The position numbers and the translations under genes are program-made. A DNA stretch of 64,000 nucleotides from Acutalibacteraceae bacterium (GTDB taxonomy: Bacteria > Bacillota > Clostridia > Oscillospirales > Acutalibacteraceae), in NCBI GenBank assembly GCA_045587505.1, contig JAZNCK010000093.1, positions 232 through 64,231 on the forward strand, in the 5' to 3' direction. Under the pieces are notes generated by a model. The model was not told the DNA's origin. It did not search any database and saw only the letters and a list, made by a program, of their open reading frames with translations. Position 1 is the stretch's first letter. Every line of letters begins with the position of its first letter. Positions 37,752-46,851 of the stretch are shown here, piece by piece.

Positions 37752-38924
37752 ATGGACGAGAAGCTTTATTATGGCAGAGGTAAGGATTGCGACAACAAAA
37801 AGCTTATTGCTTTTCTTGATGAGGTTTTCTTTATTGACGACGATGAAGAAACAAAGCGTGACTTTGTTTCGATCCTGCCGAAAATTTATCACGACGAATA
37901 CAGACCTGCTTACAACAACTTTGTTGTGCAGGAAGAAAACGGAGACTTCCGTGCAGCTGTCGGCAATTTTAACATTGACCTTGATGTCTGCGGCGAGGCT
38001 GTCAAGGCTTGCTGTATCGGTAACGTTGCAGTAGGACTCAAGTACCGTTCAATGGGATATATGGTTGACCTTATGGAAATGAGCGTTAAGGATATGCAGG
38101 ACAACGGTGTAGACATCGCTTACCTCGGTGGTCAGCGTCAGCGTTACGGATATTTCGGTTTTGAAGCATCAGGTCTTTCATATAACTTTGAGTTCAACAA
38201 GAAAACAGCAAAGCATATCTACGGTGGCAGAAAATCAGAGCTCCGAGCAGAAAAACTTGATGAGAATGATATTGAAACAATTAAAAAGATTGACGCTATT
38301 TATCAGAAAAATGTTATCAAGGCAAGTCGTCCTCTCAAGGATTATTACAGAATTATCACATCCTGGAGACATAATCCGTATGTGGTTTATGACGGTGACG
38401 AGTTTGCAGGCTATTTCCTTATTGATTACGGATACAGTTGGGTTTCCGAGTGTGGCGTAACAAAGCCTGAATATTACGGAGATCTTGCACTTGCTGCACT
38501 TGAAGTAAGCGGAAAAGAAAGCATCAGATTCAACGCAGCTCCTTTTGACAAAGAAAAGCACGGTTATTTCACAGTTAATTCGGAAAACATCTCTGTCGGT
38601 GGTTGTGAATCTTTGCTTGTTTATAACTACGAAAAGGTGCTTCGTGCATACCTTAAGGCGAAGGCAAGCTATACAAATCTTGCAGACGGCGAGCTTAAAG
38701 TACTTATCCACGGCAAACGAGCAGACGAAAAGCTCAGAATAGCTGTTAAGAATAACGAGGTAACAGTTGAAAAGTTTGACGGTGAGCCTGAAATCGAGTT
38801 CAGCCATTCTCAGGCAACAAGAGCATTCCTTTCAAACTTCACTTTTGAGCGTGAACAGCTGGGCGGTGCGGCACAGCAGTGGTTCCCGTTACCCGCATTC
38901 ATTTTCAGCACAGACCAGATGTAA
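37752..38924 (+). CDS. GNAT-family acetyltransferase with a C-terminal extension (Eis-like architecture)
   Basis: CIGNVAVGLKYRSMGYMVDLM resembles acetyl-CoA motif A. The roughly 390 aa length fits two GNAT-like lobes plus an SCP2-like tail. Assignment is tentative. Confidence 0.5.
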   Translation: MDEKLYYGRGKDCDNKKLIAFLDEVFFIDDDEETKRDFVSILPKIYHDEYRPAYNNFVVQEENGDFRAAVGNFNIDLDVCGEAVKACCIGNVAVGLKYRSMGYMVDLMEMSVKDMQDNGVDIAYLGGQRQRYGYFGFEASGLSYNFEFNKKTAKHIYGGRKSELRAEKLDENDIETIKKIDAIYQKNVIKASRPLKDYYRIITSWRHNPYVVYDGDEFAGYFLIDYGYSWVSECGVTKPEYYGDLALAALEVSGKESIRFNAAPFDKEKHGYFTVNSENISVGGCESLLVYNYEKVLRAYLKAKASYTNLADGELKVLIHGKRADEKLRIAVKNNEVTVEKFDGEPEIEFSHSQATRAFLSNFTFEREQLGGAAQQWFPLPAFIFSTDQM

Positions 38925-38936
38925 GGAGAGATTGTT

Positions 38937-39983
38937 ATGGTAGTTAAAATTTCACACTACGGTTTTATGCCTGACGGCAAGGAAGTTAAGCTTTACTCAA
39001 TCACAAACGATAACAATGTCACACTTCAGCTTATCAATCTCGGTGCAACGCTTCAGTCACTCTATGCACCCGATAAGTACGGCAGAGTTGCAGATATCAC
39101 CGTCGGCTTTGACAGTCTTTACGGTCATCTGAACTTTACGGATTATCAGGGTAAGGTTGTCGGCAGATATGCAAACAGAATTGCGAACGGCAGGTTTTCA
39201 CTCAACGGCAAGGAATATCAGCTTACACAGAATGAAAAGGACAAGACCTGTCTTCACAGTGCAGGCGAATTCTCCGATGCAGTGTGGGATGCGATTGTTG
39301 TTGACACAAATGCGGTTGAATTTTCTTACACAAGTCCCGACGCAACAAGCGGTTTTGAGGGCAACCTCACAGCAAAGGTTACATATTCACTCACAGATGA
39401 TAACAGAGTGGTGATCGACTACTCTGCAGTCTGCGACAAGGATACTGTTATGAACTTCACAAACCACGTTTATTTTAACCTCAACGGCTCAGCGATGAGT
39501 GACGTGCTTGAGCACGAGATGCAGATGAATGCATCGCACTACACTCCGATTGATGCCGATTCAATCCCGACAGGCGAAATCCGTGCAGTCGAGGGTACGG
39601 CGTTTGACTTCAACACACCTTGCACAATCGGCAAGCGTATCTATGACAATGACGAGCAGCTGACACTTGCAAGAGGTTACGACCATAACTTCTGCCTTTG
39701 CCGTAAAGACGGTGAGGCTGATGTTACCGTAATTGAAAAAGTAAGCGGTAGAAAGCTTGAGATGTTTACCGACCTCCCGGGAGTTCAGCTTTACACAGGC
39801 AACTTCCTTGACGGCACGGTAATCGGTAAAGGCGGTATGCCTATTGTAAAGCACGCAGGCTTCTGCCTTGAAACTCAGTTTTATCCCGATTCCCCGAATC
39901 AGCCTGATTTCCCGTCTTGCGTATTCAAAGCAGGGGAGAAGTTCGAATCAACAACAATGTTTAAAATCAGCGTAACTGAATAA
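38937..39983 (+). CDS. galM: Aldose 1-epimerase (mutarotase)
   Basis: GRYANRI, LHSAG/FSDAVW, TNHVYFNL and the FCLETQ catalytic context. Confidence 0.85.
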   Translation: MVVKISHYGFMPDGKEVKLYSITNDNNVTLQLINLGATLQSLYAPDKYGRVADITVGFDSLYGHLNFTDYQGKVVGRYANRIANGRFSLNGKEYQLTQNEKDKTCLHSAGEFSDAVWDAIVVDTNAVEFSYTSPDATSGFEGNLTAKVTYSLTDDNRVVIDYSAVCDKDTVMNFTNHVYFNLNGSAMSDVLEHEMQMNASHYTPIDADSIPTGEIRAVEGTAFDFNTPCTIGKRIYDNDEQLTLARGYDHNFCLCRKDGEADVTVIEKVSGRKLEMFTDLPGVQLYTGNFLDGTVIGKGGMPIVKHAGFCLETQFYPDSPNQPDFPSCVFKAGEKFESTTMFKISVTE

Positions 39984-39990
39984 AGCAAAA

Positions 39991-40020
39991 GCACGGAGCA
40001 AAAAAACTCCGTGCTTAATT
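39991..40020 (+). terminator. Intrinsic terminator after galM
   Basis: GCACGGAG-CAAAAAAA-CTCCGTGC followed by TTAATTTTTT. Confidence 0.65.
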
Positions 40021-40034
40021 TTTTGCAAAAAGAA

Positions 40035-40058
40035 AAGGCAGAGTGAAAACTCTGCCTT
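40035..40058 (-). terminator. Intrinsic terminator for the minus-strand gene 40080-40907
   Basis: AAGGCAGAGT-GAAA-ACTCTGCCTT. A T-rich run follows on the minus strand. Confidence 0.6.
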
Positions 40059-40079
40059 TATGTATTTAATCGTTAAGGA

Positions 40080-40907
40080 TTAAAGAGTCGGGAGAAGACC
40101 AAGAAGGACTTCATTGAGACCCTGGAAGAATGTGATGATCTTGATAGCCTGCTCGATAGCCCAAGCCTTAAGTCTCTCTTCCCATGTCGGTACGGGAGGA
40201 GCGATGATGAGGTGACCTGCGCTGAAGAATACAGGACCTTCGAGACCGTTACAGTCAACTGTCTCAAGAGGATCTACCCAACCGTCGTTGAAGAATGCAT
40301 CCTGTGCATCTGTCTGATAGATTTCTACAGGAGCCATAGCGCTCTGATACGGGCTGTCGAAATACCAGAAGTACTGTGCAGGAAGGATGTCGAGCATGCA
40401 GTCCATCGGAGAGCCGTCTTCATTGTAACCTGTGTATGCATCTGCAACTTCGATTGTTACTGTAGCAATCTCAAGCTTTTCCTGATTGAGGATACCCATA
40501 TCAGAAACCTTGAAAGTTACCATGTTAAGGTTGAACTCTTCGTTGTAGTTAACGTCGCAACCAACAAGCTCGTAACCGGCCATAGCCTGAACGTCTTCAG
40601 AAACTGAAAGAGCTGTGATCTTCATAAGGTTTGCGTCAAAAGCCTGACCTGCAAGGCTGAGTGTAAGACCTACAACAACATCGCCTTCTGTTGATGCTGT
40701 GTAGTTTGAAAGCATGTAAACAGGAACTTCATAAGTTGTGCCTGCTTCAACATAAATGTTCTCGCTTGCAAAGTAAACAGCGCCTTCTGTCTGAGTCGGG
40801 AACTCAGGAAGAAGGAGACCTGTGTTTTCCTCACCCTCAGCAAAAGCTGTGATGCCGAGTGAGAAAACTGCGATTACAGCGAGAAGGATTGCTAAAATCT
40901 TTTTCAT
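40080..40907 (-). CDS. Secreted protein with a cohesin-like N-terminal domain (tentative)
   Basis: Signal peptide (ITAFAEG). The segment VEAGTTYEVPVYMLSN...VVVGLTLSLAGQAFDANLMKI...ATVTIEVAD has the beta-sandwich pattern seen in cohesins. Confidence 0.4.
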   Translation of the reverse strand: MKKILAILLAVIAVFSLGITAFAEGEENTGLLLPEFPTQTEGAVYFASENIYVEAGTTYEVPVYMLSNYTASTEGDVVVGLTLSLAGQAFDANLMKITALSVSEDVQAMAGYELVGCDVNYNEEFNLNMVTFKVSDMGILNQEKLEIATVTIEVADAYTGYNEDGSPMDCMLDILPAQYFWYFDSPYQSAMAPVEIYQTDAQDAFFNDGWVDPLETVDCNGLEGPVFFSAGHLIIAPPVPTWEERLKAWAIEQAIKIITFFQGLNEVLLGLLPTL

Positions 40908-41064
40908 AATAGATTTCTCCTTTTCTTTATTGCGTTTTCACGCTTATTAAATTTTACGTCACTTTTAACTGAATTAACAGTGACAGTGCCGTATTTTCTA
41001 TATATTAGCACAAGAGTTTTATTTTATAATTCTTTTTTAGAAAATAAACAAACTTTTTATAAAC

Positions 41065-42441
41065 TTATTTTTCTTTGCAAACGGCCTGCATAACCTTGTT
41101 TACAATCTTGCCTGCAGCAGAAAGTCCAGATCCTGAATTTTCCGCAACGCAGACCACAGCATATGGTGTTTCGGGGTTGTTCGAGAAGCCTACAAACCAG
41201 GAATGCGATTCACCGTCATCAATCTGCGCTGTTCCCGTTTTTCCGCACATTTTCAGTCCGGGGAACGTAGAATCAGAGTAATAGTTGACAACATTTGATC
41301 TCATAAGGCTTCGCATCTTGTCCGCAACGGCAGGGTCGAGAGAGACAATTGCACTCTGCATCGTGTAGCCTTCGGGAGTAACTTCACCTGCAGGGGTGAC
41401 GATGTCTCTGACATAATACGGTTTAATCGCAACACCGCTGTTTGCGATAGCACCCATAATTGTAAGCATATGGCAGGGATTGACGAGCGTTGTATACTGA
41501 CCGATACCTGCCCACCCGAAATCAACGTCCGTGGCTTTGCTGACGTCAAAAGAGCTTTTGGTTATCGGGATTTCTCCCGTGTAATCCTTCGCATTGAATC
41601 CGAGCTGTGATGCGGTTGTCATCATTTTTTCTTTGCCGAGTTCAAGTGCAAGCTGAGCAAAGACACTGTTGCAGGAACGGTTGAACGCTTTTTCAAAATT
41701 GACTTTTCCGTGAGTTGAGTTACAGATAACATCACCTGTTTTTGTATGGTACTTGCCCGTACAGGTGAATGTGCGTTTTTCGATATCGGGAATATTCTGC
41801 AACGCACAGATTGCGGTTACGACTTTAAATGTCGAACCGGGGGTATAAACACCGGAAATAAAGCGGTTGAGATAAACACCGGTATATTTTTCGTTGTTAT
41901 CCATATTTTTCGGTTTATTCAACGGGTCATAAGTCGGGGTTGAAACCATACAGACAATTTCACCTGTTTTATAGTTATAAACACCGATTGTACCTTTTCT
42001 GCCATTCATCGCATTGTAGGCAACTTTACAGATTTCGGAATCGAGGGTAAGGTTAATGTCATTGCCTTTGTTGTATTTTTTCAGGTTATAAACACCGTTT
42101 ACAAAATCATAACCCGAAAGACGTGAGCTGTAAATTGACTGGACACCCGTTGCAATGAATGATGCCTGATCACCGACGGCGTGAAGTGTTGCTTTGCGTA
42201 CAGTTTCGCTTTTGTGATATTTTCTCACTCCGTCTTCGCTGTATGCAAGTGCCGTGCCGTCACGGTCGTAAATTGCACCTGCGTTTGCAATCTGTCCGTT
42301 GGAATAAATATGCTTGTTAACAAGGTTTGACGTCCACTCTCCGCCGTTGACGTAGAAAGAGTAGACCATTATTCCCAGACCGACCATAAACGCAAGGATA
42401 AAAACGTAAAGCACATAGGCTCTTTTTGTTGTATTATTCAT
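41065..42441 (-). CDS. Class B penicillin-binding protein (PbpA-like transpeptidase)
   Basis: N-terminal TM anchor plus STFK (PGSTFKV), SCN (RSCNSV) and KTGT (CGKTGTAQ). Overlaps the upstream SEDS gene by 4 nt. Confidence 0.85.
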   Translation of the reverse strand: MNNTTKRAYVLYVFILAFMVGLGIMVYSFYVNGGEWTSNLVNKHIYSNGQIANAGAIYDRDGTALAYSEDGVRKYHKSETVRKATLHAVGDQASFIATGVQSIYSSRLSGYDFVNGVYNLKKYNKGNDINLTLDSEICKVAYNAMNGRKGTIGVYNYKTGEIVCMVSTPTYDPLNKPKNMDNNEKYTGVYLNRFISGVYTPGSTFKVVTAICALQNIPDIEKRTFTCTGKYHTKTGDVICNSTHGKVNFEKAFNRSCNSVFAQLALELGKEKMMTTASQLGFNAKDYTGEIPITKSSFDVSKATDVDFGWAGIGQYTTLVNPCHMLTIMGAIANSGVAIKPYYVRDIVTPAGEVTPEGYTMQSAIVSLDPAVADKMRSLMRSNVVNYYSDSTFPGLKMCGKTGTAQIDDGESHSWFVGFSNNPETPYAVVCVAENSGSGLSAAGKIVNKVMQAVCKEK

Positions 42442-44054
42442 CGTTTAGTCCTCCCGTTTGAGGAAGATTTGCGGCTTATCGGTATGTCTTTTGCCGTCGA
42501 GGTGCGTCTTGTCGTGCCGGTCTGCTTTGTTGAGGTCGGACGGGACGTTGCAGGGGTTGTTCTTTTGCGTGACGCAGTCTGTCTGCTTATCGGAACATCT
42601 TTTGAGGTTGTGCGTGTTGTTTTTGCTGTTGACGTTCTTGTCTGTGCAGATTTTGGGGTGGAAGACCTTGTCTGTGCAGGCTTTTTTGCTGCTTGTGCAG
42701 ACGTAGACCTCTGATTTATCGGATCGCCTACAATTCCCGGAACAGATACCTGACGGCGGGTCGGCCGTGTTGAGCGTCTGCCGATTTTTATATCCGGGGG
42801 ATAAAGCGGATGGTCGGGAAGTATGGTTTTTGAAAGCCCGGGGTAGGTACGGATATCTGCCGCCTTAATGAAAGCAAGCAGTCCCCACGAGCATATCATA
42901 CTTGAGCCTCCTCGGCTGATAAATGGCAGGGTAACACCCGTCAACGGGAGAATATCCGTTACACCGAAGATATTGAGTGCCGTCTGGAAAAGCAGAAGTC
43001 CTGCAGCGGCACACGCAGCAATAGCGTAGAAGGCCGAGCGTGTTGTTCGTGCAACCTTGATTGCATAAAGAAGAATAAAGACGTATGCAAGAACGACTAT
43101 AAAAGCAACAAGCATTCCCCATTCTTCACACAGTATGCCGAAAACAAGGTCAGTCGTTGATGCAAAAATATGCTTGAGGTTGCCGTTGCCGATACCGAGA
43201 CCGAAGAGTCCGCCGCTTGCAGAATAAATCAGCACTCGTGTCTGCTGCATACCGGCTTCGTTAATCTGTTCCCAGATATGACGGTAAGTCGCAAAACGTG
43301 CGGCTACTGTCGGACGGAAGTAAATAATCATAACCGCGCCGAGAGCTGCGGCAACGCAGACGAGAGCGATTGTACGCAGATCACCCGAACGCATAAATGC
43401 GATTATCATAAAAGTAAAGAAGAAGATAAGTGCCGTACCGAAGTCACGCATAAGGAAAAGTGCACCGACACAACCGATAGAAAATATAATGTATTTGGTG
43501 ATACTTTTTGCACTCTGGAGCTTGTCCAGCGAAGCGGCACCGACAAAAATAAATGCGAGCTTGACAATCTCTGACGGCTGAATGGAAAATCCTGCAATAG
43601 TAATCCAGTTAAGAGCACCGTTGTTGTATTCCGCAAGTAACAGGTTAACACACAGAAGTCCGACGGCTGCAAAGGCTATCGGCATACGCAGAAACATAAC
43701 AATGTCCGTGCGTCGCAGTGTAATCAGCAGAACAATAAATACAGCCAGACCTAACAGAATTGATACCATCTGTTTTAGTGCGTAACCGTCATAAACGCTT
43801 GCACACACGGTCAGACCGATTCCCGAAAAGAGAAATCCGATAGTTTCAAGTTCAAAATTATTCTGACCGCAGAAGGTGGACGTGATAAAAAAGTACATCC
43901 ATTCAACAGCGATATACGCAGCAAAAATTGCGAGAAGCTCCGGGTTGACACCGTCCTTTACAATCACGACGGTTGAGGTAAGAGCCTGAAAAGCCGTAAT
44001 TATAATCATCATCAGGCCCCAGTTGAAACGCTTGTTGAGATTTTCGTTACTCAC
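42438..44054 (-). CDS. SEDS-family peptidoglycan polymerase (FtsW/RodA/SpoVE) with a long basic Thr/Ser/Arg-rich C-terminal tail
   Basis: Polytopic core with QPSEIVKL, DFGTALIF and PFISRGGSS motifs. About 150 aa of low-complexity tail follow. Confidence 0.9.
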   Translation of the reverse strand: MSNENLNKRFNWGLMMIIITAFQALTSTVVIVKDGVNPELLAIFAAYIAVEWMYFFITSTFCGQNNFELETIGFLFSGIGLTVCASVYDGYALKQMVSILLGLAVFIVLLITLRRTDIVMFLRMPIAFAAVGLLCVNLLLAEYNNGALNWITIAGFSIQPSEIVKLAFIFVGAASLDKLQSAKSITKYIIFSIGCVGALFLMRDFGTALIFFFTFMIIAFMRSGDLRTIALVCVAAALGAVMIIYFRPTVAARFATYRHIWEQINEAGMQQTRVLIYSASGGLFGLGIGNGNLKHIFASTTDLVFGILCEEWGMLVAFIVVLAYVFILLYAIKVARTTRSAFYAIAACAAAGLLLFQTALNIFGVTDILPLTGVTLPFISRGGSSMICSWGLLAFIKAADIRTYPGLSKTILPDHPLYPPDIKIGRRSTRPTRRQVSVPGIVGDPINQRSTSAQAAKKPAQTRSSTPKSAQTRTSTAKTTRTTSKDVPISRQTASRKRTTPATSRPTSTKQTGTTRRTSTAKDIPISRKSSSNGRTKR

Positions 44055-44200
44055 GGGTTCACCACCTTTTTTAAAAGATACACATTCATTATAACATCAA
44101 ACCGTACATAATCTCAACAGTTCAAGAAAATTTTACATTTACCGTGCAGAGAGTTGCATTTTTATTGATATGTGGTAGAATTTATCCGGGTGGTGAAACT

Positions 44201-44854
44201 ATGGCGAATATACGACTGGACAATTTTTCGGGCGATACGGTAACGGTTATCCTTGACGGCAGGGAAGAAACAGTCGCTGATGAGCAACGCGTTACTTTTG
44301 ATATGCTCGAAAAGGGCAGACACATACTGCACATTCACCGCACGAGAATTCCGATTGAAAGCACTGATAAAAACAAAACGGAAGAAACGAAAATGCCCTT
44401 CGCTTCTTCAGAAAAAAATCTGCATACACAGCTTGACCTGATTGCAGAGGTTGACCTTAACTCTTCAAAAGCTGTGGTAACGGTAAAAAATTATGTTACA
44501 GCAAAAGAGAGTAAAGGAATTGATACGATTTTTTCCTCGTATGCATTGGACGGCACGGGAGTGAAGATTGAAGAAGAGAGAAAAGTCTTTGCGAATTCTG
44601 CCGTTGAGAAAAATTTTAAAAGCCACCACATTTCGAATGCCTTTCTGCCCGTAGGAGCAGGAGGAATTGTATTTTTCCTTCTCGGACTTTTTGCCCTTGT
44701 TATGCATCTTTCGGGCAACACGATAAATCTCGGCGGCACAGAATTTACCTTGCCCTGGTCACTCGGACTGACGGCAGTCGGTACGGCGGTTCTTATCTAT
44801 ACCGCAGTGTGTGTGGCGAATATACTGACTGCGGTCAGGAAGTATAAAAGGTAA
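44201..44854 (+). CDS. Membrane protein of unknown function (soluble N-domain plus two C-terminal TM helices)
   Basis: ATG at 44201 preceded by GGTGGTGA. I recognise no family. Confidence 0.45.
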   Translation: MANIRLDNFSGDTVTVILDGREETVADEQRVTFDMLEKGRHILHIHRTRIPIESTDKNKTEETKMPFASSEKNLHTQLDLIAEVDLNSSKAVVTVKNYVTAKESKGIDTIFSSYALDGTGVKIEEERKVFANSAVEKNFKSHHISNAFLPVGAGGIVFFLLGLFALVMHLSGNTINLGGTEFTLPWSLGLTAVGTAVLIYTAVCVANILTAVRKYKR

Positions 44855-44862
44855 ACAAAAAA

Positions 44863-44892
44863 ACACGACACTTGCAAGTGCCGTGTTTTTTT
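44863..44892. terminator. Bidirectional terminator
   Basis: ACACGACACTTG/CAAGTGCCGTGT hairpin flanked by A7 and T7 runs. Confidence 0.6.
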
Positions 44893-44901
44893 ATCTGAAA
44901 A

Positions 44902-45927
44902 TTAAAACTCGTAGTTCGGAGTTACAATCTTACCTGTTTCTGCAGATTCTACAATTGCGCGGCAGACTTCAACTGTCTTTGCACCCTCACGAGCATCTGT
45001 GGGAACGGACTTGTCGTTAAGAATACAGTCTGCGAAGACCTCGAATTCCTTAACAGCGTTGTGGTTGTTAACCTCAAGCTCAATTGTCTGCGGATCCTGA
45101 GTGTCACCGTTTTCATCTGTTGTGAAAAGAGTCATTGTCGGGGAAGTGTTGTCGCAGATGATTGTACCCTTTGTACCGTAAATTACTGTACGCATTGTGT
45201 AGTCACGCTTACAACCTGTTGATACAAAAACTTTACCTGCAAGGTTTTCATCAAATTTCATAATTGCGATTGTTGCATCGTCATAGCTGACTGTCGGAAG
45301 CAATTTGTGTGTACCGTATGCGAAAACTTCCTTCGGGTCGCCTGCAAGCCAACGCAGAAGGTCAACTGCGTGGCAGCCGCCACCGATAACACCGTGACGC
45401 TTCGGGTCAGCACGCCAGTGAGCAGAGCCGTCCTTGTTTTCCACGATGTGCATATAGTCGTGAGCGTACTCGGATTCAACAAAATAGAGCTCACCGATTG
45501 TGCCTGCTTCGATAATTTCCTTTGCTTTCTCAAAAGAGGGAGTGAAACGGCAGATCTGACCGACCATAAATTTGCAGCCTGATTCGTCAGCAACTCTTAC
45601 GATTTCTTCAACGTCCTCGCGTGTGAGTGCAAGAGGCTTTTCACAAAGAACATGCTTGCCTGCACGCAGAAGATCACAGCAGACCTGCTTGTGCTGCTGG
45701 TCGGGGATAGCAACTGAAACCACGTTGATTTCGGGATTGTTGATAATGTCGTGATAGTCGGAAACCCACTTATCCTCGGGGATGCTGTATCTTTCACCCG
45801 CAAAGCGGAGGTTATCAGGGTCAGTGTCGCAGATTGCCGCGATCTCGGCGCCGTAGTTCATAGCACCTTCGACGTGAGACATACCGAATTTCATGCCGAT
45901 ATTACCGACAACTAATTTCTTTTCCAT
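44902..45927 (-). CDS. Gfo/Idh/MocA-family NAD(P)-dependent oxidoreductase
   Basis: N-terminal Rossmann fold (VGNIGMKFGM), the consensus EKPLAL motif and a C-terminal alpha/beta domain. Confidence 0.85.
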   Translation of the reverse strand: MEKKLVVGNIGMKFGMSHVEGAMNYGAEIAAICDTDPDNLRFAGERYSIPEDKWVSDYHDIINNPEINVVSVAIPDQQHKQVCCDLLRAGKHVLCEKPLALTREDVEEIVRVADESGCKFMVGQICRFTPSFEKAKEIIEAGTIGELYFVESEYAHDYMHIVENKDGSAHWRADPKRHGVIGGGCHAVDLLRWLAGDPKEVFAYGTHKLLPTVSYDDATIAIMKFDENLAGKVFVSTGCKRDYTMRTVIYGTKGTIICDNTSPTMTLFTTDENGDTQDPQTIELEVNNHNAVKEFEVFADCILNDKSVPTDAREGAKTVEVCRAIVESAETGKIVTPNYEF

Positions 45928-46087
45928 AGTTAAATCTCCTTTTCAAAACTCAATGGCAACATTCTACAACAAAAGGATGAAATAATCAATATCTGACACA
46001 GTATTTTCCAGTCAAAAACATAGGTTTGTCCCCTTGATTTTACCGCCGAAATAATGTATATTTATTGTATATGTATAATGAGGTACT

Positions 46088-46738
46088 ATGTCGATGAAAA
46101 AAACGTTTAACTATATCCCCGTCTTGCCTAAGGTTCATCAGATAACCTGGTGGGTCTGCAGAGGACTGATTTTTGTCTGGGGCGTTGTGATGCTTTTCTC
46201 AGGGCACACAACAGAGTTCCTTGAGGCAGTTTTCGGAATTATTTTTACACACCTCTGGGATTTGTTCCAGTGGCTCGGCGGCAAAACTTTTATAACTCAG
46301 GTACCGTACCGTCTGCAGACGATGCTCAATGTTCTTCTGTGTTTTGCAATCGTAATCGGTACAACCATCAACAAATTTACAACTCTCGATATCATCGATA
46401 TCCCGGAACACTTTCTGTCGGGTTACATAGCAACGGCAGGCAGTTATGAACTTGCGATAATCATTCAGCAGAAGCGTCCGAAGGACAAGGTGCTCAGTCC
46501 TGCACTTGCGGCAATGTTTGCTCTTGCTTTCGGTGTGATGTTGCTTGTCGGCTGGGAGTTTTACGAATACACTATGGACAGGCTCTACGGCCTTAATCTT
46601 CAGCGTACGGCATTTGATACGGAGGCAGGTCTTATCGACACGATGGTTGACCTTATTGTAGGCTCGTGCGGCTGTATTCTTTCGATGTTTGTAACGGCAT
46701 TCAGCAAAAACAAAAAGGGGAAGAAAGACAATGAGTAA
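46088..46738 (+). CDS. Polytopic membrane protein of unknown function
   Basis: Five to six hydrophobic helices and a Lys-rich C-terminus. The competing 229-aa antisense ORF is Cys/Arg/Lys-rich and looks spurious. Confidence 0.5.
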   Translation: MSMKKTFNYIPVLPKVHQITWWVCRGLIFVWGVVMLFSGHTTEFLEAVFGIIFTHLWDLFQWLGGKTFITQVPYRLQTMLNVLLCFAIVIGTTINKFTTLDIIDIPEHFLSGYIATAGSYELAIIIQQKRPKDKVLSPALAAMFALAFGVMLLVGWEFYEYTMDRLYGLNLQRTAFDTEAGLIDTMVDLIVGSCGCILSMFVTAFSKNKKGKKDNE

Positions 46739-46826
46739 CAAAGCAGTCAGGATAGTTGCACTTGTCCTCGCAGGAATAATTGCACTCGGTTCCGTCATCG
46801 GTGCAATCAGTGCATTGATAGGTTGA
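46731..46826 (+). CDS. Possible 31-aa single-TM micro-protein
   Basis: The ATG overlaps the upstream stop. My translation: MSNKAVRIVALVLAGIIALGSVIGAISALIG. No independent support. Confidence 0.2.
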   Translation: MSNKAVRIVALVLAGIIALGSVIGAISALIG

Positions 46827-46851
46827 TTTTGATTTATTTTTATGAAAGAAG

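Noticed and set aside
38235-38807. 190-aa antisense ORF inside the GNAT gene; similar cases at 49752-50276, 5952-6488 and 6947-7453
   Set aside because: All are nested opposite better-supported genes, lack SD sequences and have Cys/Phe/Leu/Lys-skewed compositions characteristic of antisense frames.
39774-39783. CTCCCGGGAG palindrome inside galM, considered as a Noc-binding site
   Set aside because: Only the central CCCGGG matches. The flanks do not match the ATTTCCCGGGAAAT-type consensus.
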